DNA of 32,000 bases from an uncultured archaeon (GTDB lineage Archaea; Asgardarchaeota; Thorarchaeia; Thorarchaeales; Thorarchaeaceae): positions 150,001-182,000 of the forward strand of contig CAYHAA010000005.1 of assembly GCA_964354495.1 (NCBI GenBank), written 5' to 3'. The position numbers and the translations under genes were made by a program. The notes below the pieces were generated by a model. That model made no database searches. It was not told the origin of the DNA and was given only the letters and a program-made list of their open reading frames with translations. Below are positions 16,519 to 24,845 of this stretch, in pieces. Position 1 is the stretch's first letter, and the number at the start of each line of letters is the position of its first letter.

Positions 16519-16651
16519 GGTAGGAATTCCTCACACGCAGGTCGTGTCTGCTGTCCACTATGCGTGACAGCACTCAAAATCTCAAGTGTCCAAATAACGA
16601 TTGTTTGTGCATAGGTTCCCGGTTGAATTTCCCTGCAGGAGGTATGCAGGT

Positions 16652-16852
16652 CTACATTCCCAGGGACAGCAGCAGGAAGTGTATTCCAAAACCAACTAGA
16701 ATTGCACCTATGCTCAGGGCTGAGATGACCCTGAGTCGTGAGAAGTGGCGACCACGTTCAATGTGGACTACAAGCCAGCCAAAGGCGAATATCCCGAAGA
16801 ACAGAAATATCAATGAAAAGATGAAAATCGTGCTTTCAAAGTTCTGGAGCAT
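16652..16852 (-). CDS. Small two-TM membrane protein
   Basis: 66 aa with two hydrophobic helices around a basic loop (HIERGRHFSRLR); GAGG SD upstream. Confidence 0.7.
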   Translation of the reverse strand: MLQNFESTIFIFSLIFLFFGIFAFGWLVVHIERGRHFSRLRVISALSIGAILVGFGIHFLLLSLGM

Positions 16853-16918
16853 GTCTATCGCCTCATTGTTTCTACAGGGGTCGCTTTGATGAGTGATTTA
16901 AAGTGCTCGGTCAAGTTA

Positions 16919-17689
16919 TCATGCAAGGAATTCATACTCCGTTACAAAGTCTTCTCCATCGATTGTCACTTCACGAATCAACTTTCCCCGCTTCTTGGCG
17001 AGCCTGCGTCGTTCCGTAAAAGACAGTTTCGAGTCATCAGGAATCTTGATCTCCAGGATCTCAAAACTGTTCCTAATCCAGATGTCCTTGGTCTTCGGTC
17101 CAATCTTATCACACAGGTCTGGTAGGTAGCTTTCCATGATGAAGTCAAGAGTCTCAGGACTGTTTCCGAGTGAGCCGGTAGAGAACACAGGATCTTTTGA
17201 CACTGATTCCTCATCCTCTTCTGCAGGTCCACCTTTCGGAAATGATGTCTTGGTCTGTATCTTCCAGGGTTTCGTACCATCTTTGGGATTGAGCGAGAGA
17301 AGATAGAAGGTCGTCGGATCATCGATGCTGAACAGAGCCCTGATGTCCTCTATAGGTGCGGATTCATCGACCTTTGCCTTAAAGACAGGAGTGCCCTTGC
17401 CCTTCGATTTGTCCCAAGAGATTGGCATCATCAGTTTTCCGAACTCAGGTCTTCTGTCCGAGTAAGTTATGATCGTGCCTTTGATTTTATGCTGACCAGA
17501 AGGAGCGCCCAAGACATAACATTTCAGAAAGGCTTTTTCTTGGTCGATGTCAGCCTTGAACTTGATGCTCGGCTTGCTCAGAGTCATCCGCGCTCTTGGA
17601 CCGGGATGAGACCCTAATCCATACTTGACCAATTTTGCGTGAACAAACTCGTCAGGAGTTCCTTTGATTATCTTGGAGACCCAGCTCAC
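16919..17689 (-). CDS. Conserved archaeal hypothetical protein
   Basis: Likely GTG start at 17689 (MSWVSKIIKG), with GAGGT upstream and a TATA-like GTTTAAAT at 17725-17732; the ORF track starts at 17710. Basic C-terminus RRRLAKKRGKLIREVTIDG...EFLA. Confidence 0.75.
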   Translation of the reverse strand: MSWVSKIIKGTPDEFVHAKLVKYGLGSHPGPRARMTLSKPSIKFKADIDQEKAFLKCYVLGAPSGQHKIKGTIITYSDRRPEFGKLMMPISWDKSKGKGTPVFKAKVDESAPIEDIRALFSIDDPTTFYLLSLNPKDGTKPWKIQTKTSFPKGGPAEEDEESVSKDPVFSTGSLGNSPETLDFIMESYLPDLCDKIGPKTKDIWIRNSFEILEIKIPDDSKLSFTERRRLAKKRGKLIREVTIDGEDFVTEYEFLA

Positions 17690-17724
17690 CCTAGTGACCT
17701 CACAGAGCAACCGATGAAGGTGCG

Positions 17725-17732
17725 ATTTAAAC
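17725..17732 (-). promoter_or_regulatory. TATA-like box for the leftward gene run
   Basis: GTTTAAAT on the minus strand, 36 nt upstream of the GTG at 17689. Confidence 0.4.
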
Positions 17733-17838
17733 TCTTCGTGATAATGACATCTGTACTAGAGAAGTGCGGACAACAAGAGTGTCGATTTCGTCGAGGACTC
17801 TACTACATGTCATAGTACGTTCCTCCCACCTGCATAGC

Positions 17839-17846
17839 TTATAAAA
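17839..17846 (+). promoter_or_regulatory. TATA box for the MFS gene
   Basis: TTATAAAA 45 nt upstream of ATG 17891. Confidence 0.45.
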
Positions 17847-17890
17847 GACGATGCACCGCCTGTGCCTCGACAAACACGGAGTGCATCCAA

Positions 17891-19180
17891 ATGGGACTAC
17901 GAAAATCCGGTCATACATTGACTCTAATCTTGCTTTATCTTGTGACACTGATTATGCGTGCAGCATTCTATGTCACAATTGCTGTCATTTCTAGTAGCGT
18001 GTATATGGGAGGGGCATTGACGGGGTGGGGCGTTGCAGCTGTGCTGGCAATCTATCCTCTTACAGAACTAAGCACGGTCTCATTCTTTGGATCATACAGT
18101 GACAAGATTGGGAGAAAACCAATTCTAGTCGCAAGCCTCTTTATCACAGGACTAGCCTCATTCCTATTTGGCATTGCGAGCATGGGAATCATTGCACTCA
18201 TCCTAGCCGGTCTCTTTGGAATGGGCGCGGCCTCCCAAGTGACTACCACTCTCTCCATAATTGCGGATTGCTCTTCAGAGGAGAACAGAGCCAGACTGAT
18301 GGGCTACTTCGATCTCTCTACTCTAGCTGGACTTGCAGGTGGTTTCGGTCTAGGTATCATCCTCTTGGAGATTGGGACAATCAGTCTGAATATCGGGACG
18401 TTCGTTTTAGAAATAGTCATCACTCCAACGCTTCTTCTGTTTGCTGCCGCTGGAGCATGCGCAGTGACCGGACTAGTGACGTTATTTCTAATTAAGGAAA
18501 CACGAGTCGTATCACGCAGGGATGTCAGAATCATGGCACTTCTCAAGAAGGTTGCCGCTGATAGACGAGTCCAACTAATGCTTCCCGTCTATGTGCCCAT
18601 TATCTCATTGTATGCCCTTGTGATATCGAAGACAAAACACATTATTGAGGTGTACTTCGATATCACTGCTGCGGATATGCTCCTTCTCTTTGCGATGCTT
18701 GGGGTGTCATTATTCCTTGGAATAATCGTCATGGGTCATCTCTCAGACCGCGTTATGAAGAGAAGACCGTTCATCGTGTTTGGTCTCATAGGCTTTGGCG
18801 CTCTGGCCTACCTGCTTGTTGCCAATGCCGAGTCTTTCGATACTCTCTGGGCCTCGGGACTATGGCCACTGCTGCCTGCGCTCGGCTTTATTGCAGGCTC
18901 GTTTCCACCTGCAGCAATGGCCTATCTCACGGACATATCAAGTGCGGAAGCGCGGGGTAGTACTATGGGCGTCTACAGCATCTTCTTCGGGTCTGGAATG
19001 ATCATCGGTCCGCTCGCAGCTGAGTTCGCATATTCATTGGGAGGTCTCTTCCCAGGTCTGGCCCTCCTAGTCATAATTCTGATCTCAGTGGCATGCATTG
19101 GAACATATTTCCTCAAGGAGGCTGCTCCTCTGGCAGGTTCTGGAGATGATGCCACGGGTCCATCGCTTGAGATAGAATGA
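17891..19180 (+). CDS. Major facilitator superfamily transporter
   Basis: About 12 TM segments, with MFS motif A in both halves (GSYSDKIGRK; GHLSDRVMKRR). Confidence 0.92.
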   Translation: MGLRKSGHTLTLILLYLVTLIMRAAFYVTIAVISSSVYMGGALTGWGVAAVLAIYPLTELSTVSFFGSYSDKIGRKPILVASLFITGLASFLFGIASMGIIALILAGLFGMGAASQVTTTLSIIADCSSEENRARLMGYFDLSTLAGLAGGFGLGIILLEIGTISLNIGTFVLEIVITPTLLLFAAAGACAVTGLVTLFLIKETRVVSRRDVRIMALLKKVAADRRVQLMLPVYVPIISLYALVISKTKHIIEVYFDITAADMLLLFAMLGVSLFLGIIVMGHLSDRVMKRRPFIVFGLIGFGALAYLLVANAESFDTLWASGLWPLLPALGFIAGSFPPAAMAYLTDISSAEARGSTMGVYSIFFGSGMIIGPLAAEFAYSLGGLFPGLALLVIILISVACIGTYFLKEAAPLAGSGDDATGPSLEIE

Positions 19181-19316
19181 TGAAATTGACGAAATGAGCC
19201 TAGAGAATACTGCGTGTTGGAACTGAAACGGTCACTGATCAGAGAATCATGGCAAGAGTTAATAGAAACCTCGACTTGAATCGTTTCAGTTACTCTATCT
19301 CAAAGGAGAGAGAATT

Positions 19317-19940
19317 ATGGTCAGGCTTACAACAACTGGTAATGTTTTTTCGGGCATTGGTTTGACTCTGCTCGCAGTTACTATCTTTCTCAAGTTCATT
19401 CTGGACTCACTTTCTGCCACGCCAGATCAGCTTCTGTATCCATTTTACGTCTGGCTCATCGCGCTCGGGATACTTGCAATTGTGGTTGTCATAGGTGTGA
19501 TAAACACCTTCACTGAGATGACTGGCTTTGTCCATCCTGATGATAAGATGTATTCCAACATGCTGGTCTACATAATGGCATTGGGAACTCTTCTTGTCTT
19601 GGGATTACTACAAGGAGTGGACCTAACCATTCAGGGGTATCTCTTTAATATGGGAACGATGATAGTGATTGCCTACATCTTCTTGTTCGTCTTTGTATTC
19701 TTTGGAAGTAAAATCGCAAAGGGTGCAGAAGAGGGACAAGTAAAGGAAATGACATCAAGGTTCATGCTTGTTTCGCTCATTCTGGGTGTGCTCATGGCTG
19801 GTGCATACCTGATGCTGAGTATCATCTACTCGACATTTTCGTACGGATGGGCAGCTGCTGTGCTCATGATCTTCGCGGTCGCTTTAGTCTTTCTTATGGT
19901 GATCTTCCTAGGAAGAAAATACGAGCCAGTAGGCAAGTAA
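19317..19940 (+). CDS. Six-TM integral membrane hypothetical protein
   Basis: Six hydrophobic segments and an AGGAG SD upstream. Confidence 0.8.
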   Translation: MVRLTTTGNVFSGIGLTLLAVTIFLKFILDSLSATPDQLLYPFYVWLIALGILAIVVVIGVINTFTEMTGFVHPDDKMYSNMLVYIMALGTLLVLGLLQGVDLTIQGYLFNMGTMIVIAYIFLFVFVFFGSKIAKGAEEGQVKEMTSRFMLVSLILGVLMAGAYLMLSIIYSTFSYGWAAAVLMIFAVALVFLMVIFLGRKYEPVGK

Positions 19941-19946
19941 TCTAGA

Positions 19947-19982
19947 ATGATTCGGATGGAGTCATCTCCATCCATCATTTTT
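19947..19982 (+). terminator. Hairpin plus T-tract, probable terminator
   Basis: ATGAT-(TC bulge)-GGATGGAG-TCAT-CTCCATCC-ATCAT followed by TTTT, starting 6 nt after the stop codon. Confidence 0.65.
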
Positions 19983-20069
19983 CATTCAAGAAATCGGTAT
20001 AGTAGAATAACTTACAGTGGAAAGGCTCTTAACACTCATAGCTAATCTGACCTTTGTCTGGTGTTAGAC

Positions 20070-21995
20070 ATGGGAAACGGAAAACTCTGGATTGGATACA
20101 AGCTCGATGATGAAGGAAACAGAACTGGAGAGAATTTCGAGATAAGCGTAGACCTTCTTCGAAAGCATGGAGGAGTCTTCGGTTCCACAGGTTCCGGAAA
20201 GACTGTTCTATCAAAATGCATCCTAGAGGAGGCCGCAATGCAGGGAATTCCGATTCTCGCCCTCGACCCTCAGGGTGATATTGCATCCCTGATGTTGCCG
20301 GGAGATCCAAAACAGCTTGCCGAGAAGGGTGTTCCTCCAGAGAGACTGAAGGAGTACATGGATAAGGTCATTGTACGAGTGTATACGCCTGCCAGCAGCA
20401 AGGGTCTCGCCATATCAATCAATCCTCTGAAACTACCAGACAGAATGGCAGACCAAGATGATATCATCCGACTACTTGATAATTGTGCGCGCACTCTCGT
20501 GAAGGTCCTTACGAAAGTTTCCGGCCTGACGAGGTCATGGGAAGGCAAAGCCTTCGCAGCTATCTATGAACTTCTGCGAACGATCTGGGAAAACGAGAAG
20601 ACGGAGATCAAGGGACTCAAGGAACTAGCTGATATGCTCATTGGAGATGCAAAAACAATCGGTGTCGACCTGGAACCGTTCATGAAGCTTTCAGAGCGAC
20701 AGACCCTTGCAACTCGTATACGTAGTCTGACAGTGGGTTCCTCACAACTCCTTTTCAAGGAAGAGGGTGAAATCGACTTCGATGAGCTAACAAGACCAGT
20801 CAAAGGAAAGACTCCAATCAATGTAATATTCCTCAAGACGCTTAGAAGTGAGGAAGAGAAGCACTTCTTTATCGCTATTGTCTTGAACCAGTTGTATTCA
20901 TGGATGTTGAGACAGGGCTTTACAGAGAAGCCGCGAATGATGGTATTTCAGGACGAGGCTGCACCCTTCATTCCTGCAGGAATGCTCTCACCGGGTCCAA
21001 AGGAAACATACCTGCTTCTATTCAGACAGGCGAGGAAGTATGGCGTTGAGTGCCTCATAGCGACTCAGAGTCCGAAGGACGTAGACTACAAGGCATTCGA
21101 GCAATTCAATACCATCTGCACTGGACGTATCAGTAGTGAACAGTCTTTGAAGGTGCTTGAGAGGATTCTCGAGCCCATTGCTGGAGAGAAGGAGTCTGAA
21201 GAAATCATAACCCGATTGCCAGGTCAGGAACCTGCAAGTTTTATTTTCTCATCTGTAGATCTCAAACCAAAGGTCAATCACATCAGCGTGCGTTGGCTGC
21301 TCACCAACCACGTGACACTCACTGAAAAAGACGTCCAGATGCACATGCAGAAGCTTGTTGCGGAACAGGACAAGGTTCTCAAGAAGCTTGAAGAAGAGAG
21401 ATTGGCTCTTGAGAAACGAAAGTCGGATGAGATGGCGGCTGCAGAGAAACTCAGACTTGAAGAGGAACGTCTGAAAGCAGAGGAGGCCGCTCGACTGGAA
21501 CAAGAACAATTGCTTCTGGATAAGAAACAGAAGTTCGAATCAGCGCCGGATACAACCAGAGTCTTCGACACTCGTGGACAGGCAGGCATGGTCTCCTATG
21601 ATGACCTCGTCAATGCCTTCATCGCAAGGATCGAGGCCATCGCAAGGACAACGTTCGGCCTTGAGTTTCTGAGGGAACTCGTCCAACGAGGAGAACTCCA
21701 CTATGAGAAATCCATGTCCTACTACTTGACAGAAACTCGCGAAGCACAGAAACAGGGTCTTGCTAAGAGAATCATCAAGGAGACACAAAAGAAGGGCAAA
21801 ACAGAGAAGGAGGAATTCCTGGCTTACGACTTCAACTTCATGTTACTGAAGGTAATCGAGAGCATGGGCGTGAAGGAACCGGAATATGTCGATGAGGAAC
21901 GGCTGAGAAAGAGATTCGAACAGCTGGTCATGAAAGCTAATAGAAACAACTTCCTTGAACGTATTGTCTTGGGGGAGCCCTTTCTGGAATTCTAG
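20070..21995 (+). CDS. HerA/FtsK-superfamily ATPase (DUF87/DUF853-like) with a charged helical stalk
   Basis: Walker A GSTGSGKT (nt 20181-20204), LDPQGD, VYTPASSKG, Walker B QDEA, arginine finger RQARKYG and ATQSP. An E/K/R-rich helix lies at about nt 21348-21536. Start is ATG 20070 or GTG 20061. Confidence 0.88.
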   Translation: MGNGKLWIGYKLDDEGNRTGENFEISVDLLRKHGGVFGSTGSGKTVLSKCILEEAAMQGIPILALDPQGDIASLMLPGDPKQLAEKGVPPERLKEYMDKVIVRVYTPASSKGLAISINPLKLPDRMADQDDIIRLLDNCARTLVKVLTKVSGLTRSWEGKAFAAIYELLRTIWENEKTEIKGLKELADMLIGDAKTIGVDLEPFMKLSERQTLATRIRSLTVGSSQLLFKEEGEIDFDELTRPVKGKTPINVIFLKTLRSEEEKHFFIAIVLNQLYSWMLRQGFTEKPRMMVFQDEAAPFIPAGMLSPGPKETYLLLFRQARKYGVECLIATQSPKDVDYKAFEQFNTICTGRISSEQSLKVLERILEPIAGEKESEEIITRLPGQEPASFIFSSVDLKPKVNHISVRWLLTNHVTLTEKDVQMHMQKLVAEQDKVLKKLEEERLALEKRKSDEMAAAEKLRLEEERLKAEEAARLEQEQLLLDKKQKFESAPDTTRVFDTRGQAGMVSYDDLVNAFIARIEAIARTTFGLEFLRELVQRGELHYEKSMSYYLTETREAQKQGLAKRIIKETQKKGKTEKEEFLAYDFNFMLLKVIESMGVKEPEYVDEERLRKRFEQLVMKANRNNFLERIVLGEPFLEF

Positions 21996-22675
21996 GTAGG
22001 AGCTAAATACCGGATAGGTTCCGAGATCATGCAATCAATCCACTGTTTGATAGCACCTAGAGTGAAGGAAGTGGCGTCATTCATGATATCCTCTGTCGCA
22101 TCAGGGGCTCCATAGAGTAGTAGAAGAGCACGTCTAGTGCTACGCGTGATTTTTGTCCGTTCCGAGTCATGAATCGCAAAACCATAGCAGACAATTCCGC
22201 TGTCATCACTGAGAACAAGTTCTCTGCCCCTGCACTCGACTTCCACGCCTCCTATTCTCTGGAAGACCTCGCCCTTCCTAGCTTTCCGAACTGTCAACTG
22301 ACCTTGAATCTTGGAGGCATCAATTAGCCCTATCGGTATCTTGTGATATGCAGAAACAAGATTCACGACATCCACGAGATCAGAGATGCGCCAGAGATTC
22401 TCACCCTGCAGTACCCGGCGCAAGACAGCTTCGCTTGAAACTCGGGTCTTGGTTGGGTCCATTGAATATGACCAGTGGAGTGCGCGATATGACCGGATTA
22501 GCGTGTCATGCGTCAGGGTTTCGAGACTATTGTTGGATCTGATTGTCTCGAAAAGTGAAGTTTCATATTCCTCGAATTCAGAGCTGGACTTGCTCAAATT
22601 CAGATTATCTAGCACTACAACAGTCACGCTGGTGCCTGGCGGCCCTGTTTCAAACACTATAGACTTCGAGGACAT
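21992..22675 (-). CDS. Free-standing B3/B4 (PheRS-beta editing-like) domain protein
   Basis: SYRALHW...DPTKTRVSSEAVLRR...LVDVVNLVSAYHKIPIGLID, then VLSDDSG. Start is ATG 22675 or GTG 22678. Confidence 0.88.
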   Translation of the reverse strand: MSSKSIVFETGPPGTSVTVVVLDNLNLSKSSSEFEEYETSLFETIRSNNSLETLTHDTLIRSYRALHWSYSMDPTKTRVSSEAVLRRVLQGENLWRISDLVDVVNLVSAYHKIPIGLIDASKIQGQLTVRKARKGEVFQRIGGVEVECRGRELVLSDDSGIVCYGFAIHDSERTKITRSTRRALLLLYGAPDATEDIMNDATSFTLGAIKQWIDCMISEPIRYLAPT

Positions 22676-22725
22676 CACTATTGAAATGATACAATCGGAA
22701 CCTTTGAGTGTTTTGAGAGAGATCT

Positions 22726-23532
22726 CTAAAGAAAATCAATCACATCTTCCAGCGTTTTCACGGTGAGTGTCGGTTTCGTATCTAGGTCACCTGATTCAAA
22801 GGCGACAATATCGCGGGGATCTCGTTTCACCAGGATTGTCGTGACCCCAGCGGCATTGCCGCCAGCGATATCTGAGTTAGGGTTGTCACCAATAATGACT
22901 GCATTGGTCAACTTGAAGCCCAAGGTCTTCACAGTCTCTGTGACAATCTCAGGGAGTGGTTTGCCGACCGTGACTGCATGAACACCAGTGGCATGCTCGA
23001 TTGCTGCCACTATTGAACGCTCACCGATAAAGACATCATCCTGCCCAAGATACTTCCCAGGGTAGTCACGACTGCCACTGATACATATTAGGCCTGCACC
23101 CTGTTTGACCATCTTGGTGGCAAAATTGAGTTCATCAAATGTCATTCCCCTATCGGCAGCCACTGCAACAAAATCGATTGGGGGATTGTTCGCCACATCA
23201 AGCCCCCGTGCAACGAAGTCCTCTTGGGCTCCACCTTCGCCAATCACAAAGCAGCGCGCCCCGGGAAACCTATTGTGGATATAGGCTGCCGCTGCTGCAC
23301 CAGCAGTATAGACTCTCTCGAGGGGGAGATGAAATCCCGCTCTCTCGACTGCTTGATGTACTTGTCTGCTTGAGAGTCGTCCTACATTCGTTAGAATGGC
23401 AAGTGTGCAACCTTTCTCTTCAAGTGAACTCCATAGCGTCAGGGCATCTTCAAACGGAGTGGGATGTTCCACATCGAGAATCAGTGTATTATCGACATCG
23501 AAGACCCAGAGTTTCTTTCTGCTAAGGTCCAT
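22726..23532 (-). CDS. HAD-superfamily subfamily IIA hydrolase (NagD-like)
   Basis: Motif I FDVDNTL, II LTN, III GKP and IV IGDNPNSDIAGG. Confidence 0.9.
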   Translation of the reverse strand: MDLSRKKLWVFDVDNTLILDVEHPTPFEDALTLWSSLEEKGCTLAILTNVGRLSSRQVHQAVERAGFHLPLERVYTAGAAAAAYIHNRFPGARCFVIGEGGAQEDFVARGLDVANNPPIDFVAVAADRGMTFDELNFATKMVKQGAGLICISGSRDYPGKYLGQDDVFIGERSIVAAIEHATGVHAVTVGKPLPEIVTETVKTLGFKLTNAVIIGDNPNSDIAGGNAAGVTTILVKRDPRDIVAFESGDLDTKPTLTVKTLEDVIDFL

Positions 23533-23579
23533 ATGACCAGCTCCCTCAAGTAGCAGTCAGTCGTCAGAGAAAAATATAC

Positions 23580-23927
23580 CTACTCTTTGTCCAGAAGAGG
23601 AATCACACAGATGAAGCGAAAGATCTCACTGCCTTCAGTGTTATCGTAACCATGCTGCACGTTGGGCGGGACGAATACAATATCATCCTTCTTCGCATAG
23701 CCTTCAACATCGCCAATCAACTTGACTTTGCCATTGAGCACGAAAATCTCGTGTTCCTCTTCATGTGCATGCAACGGAATGATGCCACCAGGTGCAATCT
23801 CGAACAGACGCATAGCATAGTTCAGAGCTCCTGTTCGTTTACCAACGAGCCAGCGCACAGTAGCATCCTTTGCCCCAGCCATATCGACTTCCATAGCATC
23901 CCGTTCGTGATAGTTTACAACGTACAT
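23580..23927 (-). CDS. Cupin-2 domain protein
   Basis: FEIAPGG-x3-LHAHEEEHEIFVLNG and FVPPNVQHGY. Confidence 0.9.
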   Translation of the reverse strand: MYVVNYHERDAMEVDMAGAKDATVRWLVGKRTGALNYAMRLFEIAPGGIIPLHAHEEEHEIFVLNGKVKLIGDVEGYAKKDDIVFVPPNVQHGYDNTEGSEIFRFICVIPLLDKE

Positions 23928-24129
23928 GAGTTAGCTTCTCCTCACAGACATCAACATTCGTGTCAACATGCTAGCCCGAGAAACTCCTCTCGCGTAATAT
24001 AGATATTCGGTTATGGACGTCAATCCTGCACTACGAAGGAGAATGCCACAGAAAGCTTAATCTTCGTGAGAACTAACTGCGTCTGAGAGATTGTGAATAT
24101 CAGAAACGGTTCTCAAGAGTGGGATTAGC

Positions 24130-24654
24130 ATGAGTGAACAAGATACATATCTGAGAGCAAAGTTGACTGAGATAAATGGAGCTATAGAACGACTCACTCA
24201 GATGTTGAATAGGATGATTGACGTTATCTCGAAGGTCACCGAGGTCCAGGAGGCTCAGTCAGAACTCGCTCTCGCAGTGACTGCAAACTCCGAGAAACTT
24301 GATGAGATCCTTGAAACTGTGAAAAGCATCAGACATGCAGCACCAGCAACGCAAGCTGCAAGCAGTGCAGGCGTAGCTCAGAAGGGCGCAGTCTCGACCA
24401 ATCAAGCAGTCCTAGATACCCTTGAAACACAGGTTCGTGAAGGAGCCATTGCAAGCGACCTTTCGCAGAAGATTAGTGAGGCTGCAGGCATGCTGGAGAG
24501 CAAAGGAGCATCAGGTGCTCTCATTGTAAAAATTCAGAGATGGACACGAATCCTAAAGACCTATGGCAGAGTCGATACCATAAGTCCAGCGGACCTCCAG
24601 AAACTTCGTGTTGATATCAAGGATTGGAGTCGCGAGCTCTCGAAAATGAGATAG
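24130..24654 (+). CDS. Coiled-coil protein with a Vps28-CTD-like four-helix C-terminal domain
   Basis: Continuous heptad repeat over residues ~8-64, an Ala-rich linker over ~69-87, and residues 88-174 aligning by eye to the VPS28 C-terminal domain (see findings). The CDS is secure; the fold call is an inference. Confidence 0.6.
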   Translation: MSEQDTYLRAKLTEINGAIERLTQMLNRMIDVISKVTEVQEAQSELALAVTANSEKLDEILETVKSIRHAAPATQAASSAGVAQKGAVSTNQAVLDTLETQVREGAIASDLSQKISEAAGMLESKGASGALIVKIQRWTRILKTYGRVDTISPADLQKLRVDIKDWSRELSKMR

Positions 24655-24845
24655 ATCTCTCGCATTGAACATCGCGCAACGCTTTCCCCATTGGTTTCAC
24701 TTGTAGCCAATTGTAACGAGAATTAGCTGTGACTTCGATTCCGCGCGATATGGCATTCGCGTGAATCAATTCAGTGAACATTTATTAGAATACAAGAATA
24801 TGCATGTCTACCCTCTGCCGGGAAACATGAGGTGCACACGCCAAA

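Noticed and set aside
16632-16650. CCTGCA-GGAGGTA-TGCAGG hairpin after the 66-aa gene
   Set aside because: A 6-bp stem with no T-tract is within chance expectation.
19500-19800. Internal repeat in the six-TM protein (TEMTG...MLVYIMALG versus KEMTS...MLVSLILG)
   Set aside because: The spacing differs, and the similarity is explained by hydrophobic composition.
20070-21995. Canonical HerA of the HerA-NurA-Mre11-Rad50 resection operon, or a HerA defence system
   Set aside because: No partner nuclease or effector genes are adjacent, and the YTP-x-S-x-x-G motif and long C-terminal extension point to a different subfamily.
24151-24330. SNARE-motif reading of the N-terminal coiled coil (surface similarity to syntaxin H3)
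   Set aside because: The best register against syntaxin puts V36, not Gln, at the zero layer, and there is no C-terminal TM anchor. The similarity is explained by a generic heptad pattern.
24737-24766. GATTC-CGCG...CGCG-T-GAATC stem in the 191-bp gap after the Vps28-like gene
   Set aside because: Bulged 9-bp stem with no T-tract and no recognisable RNA family; too weak to call.
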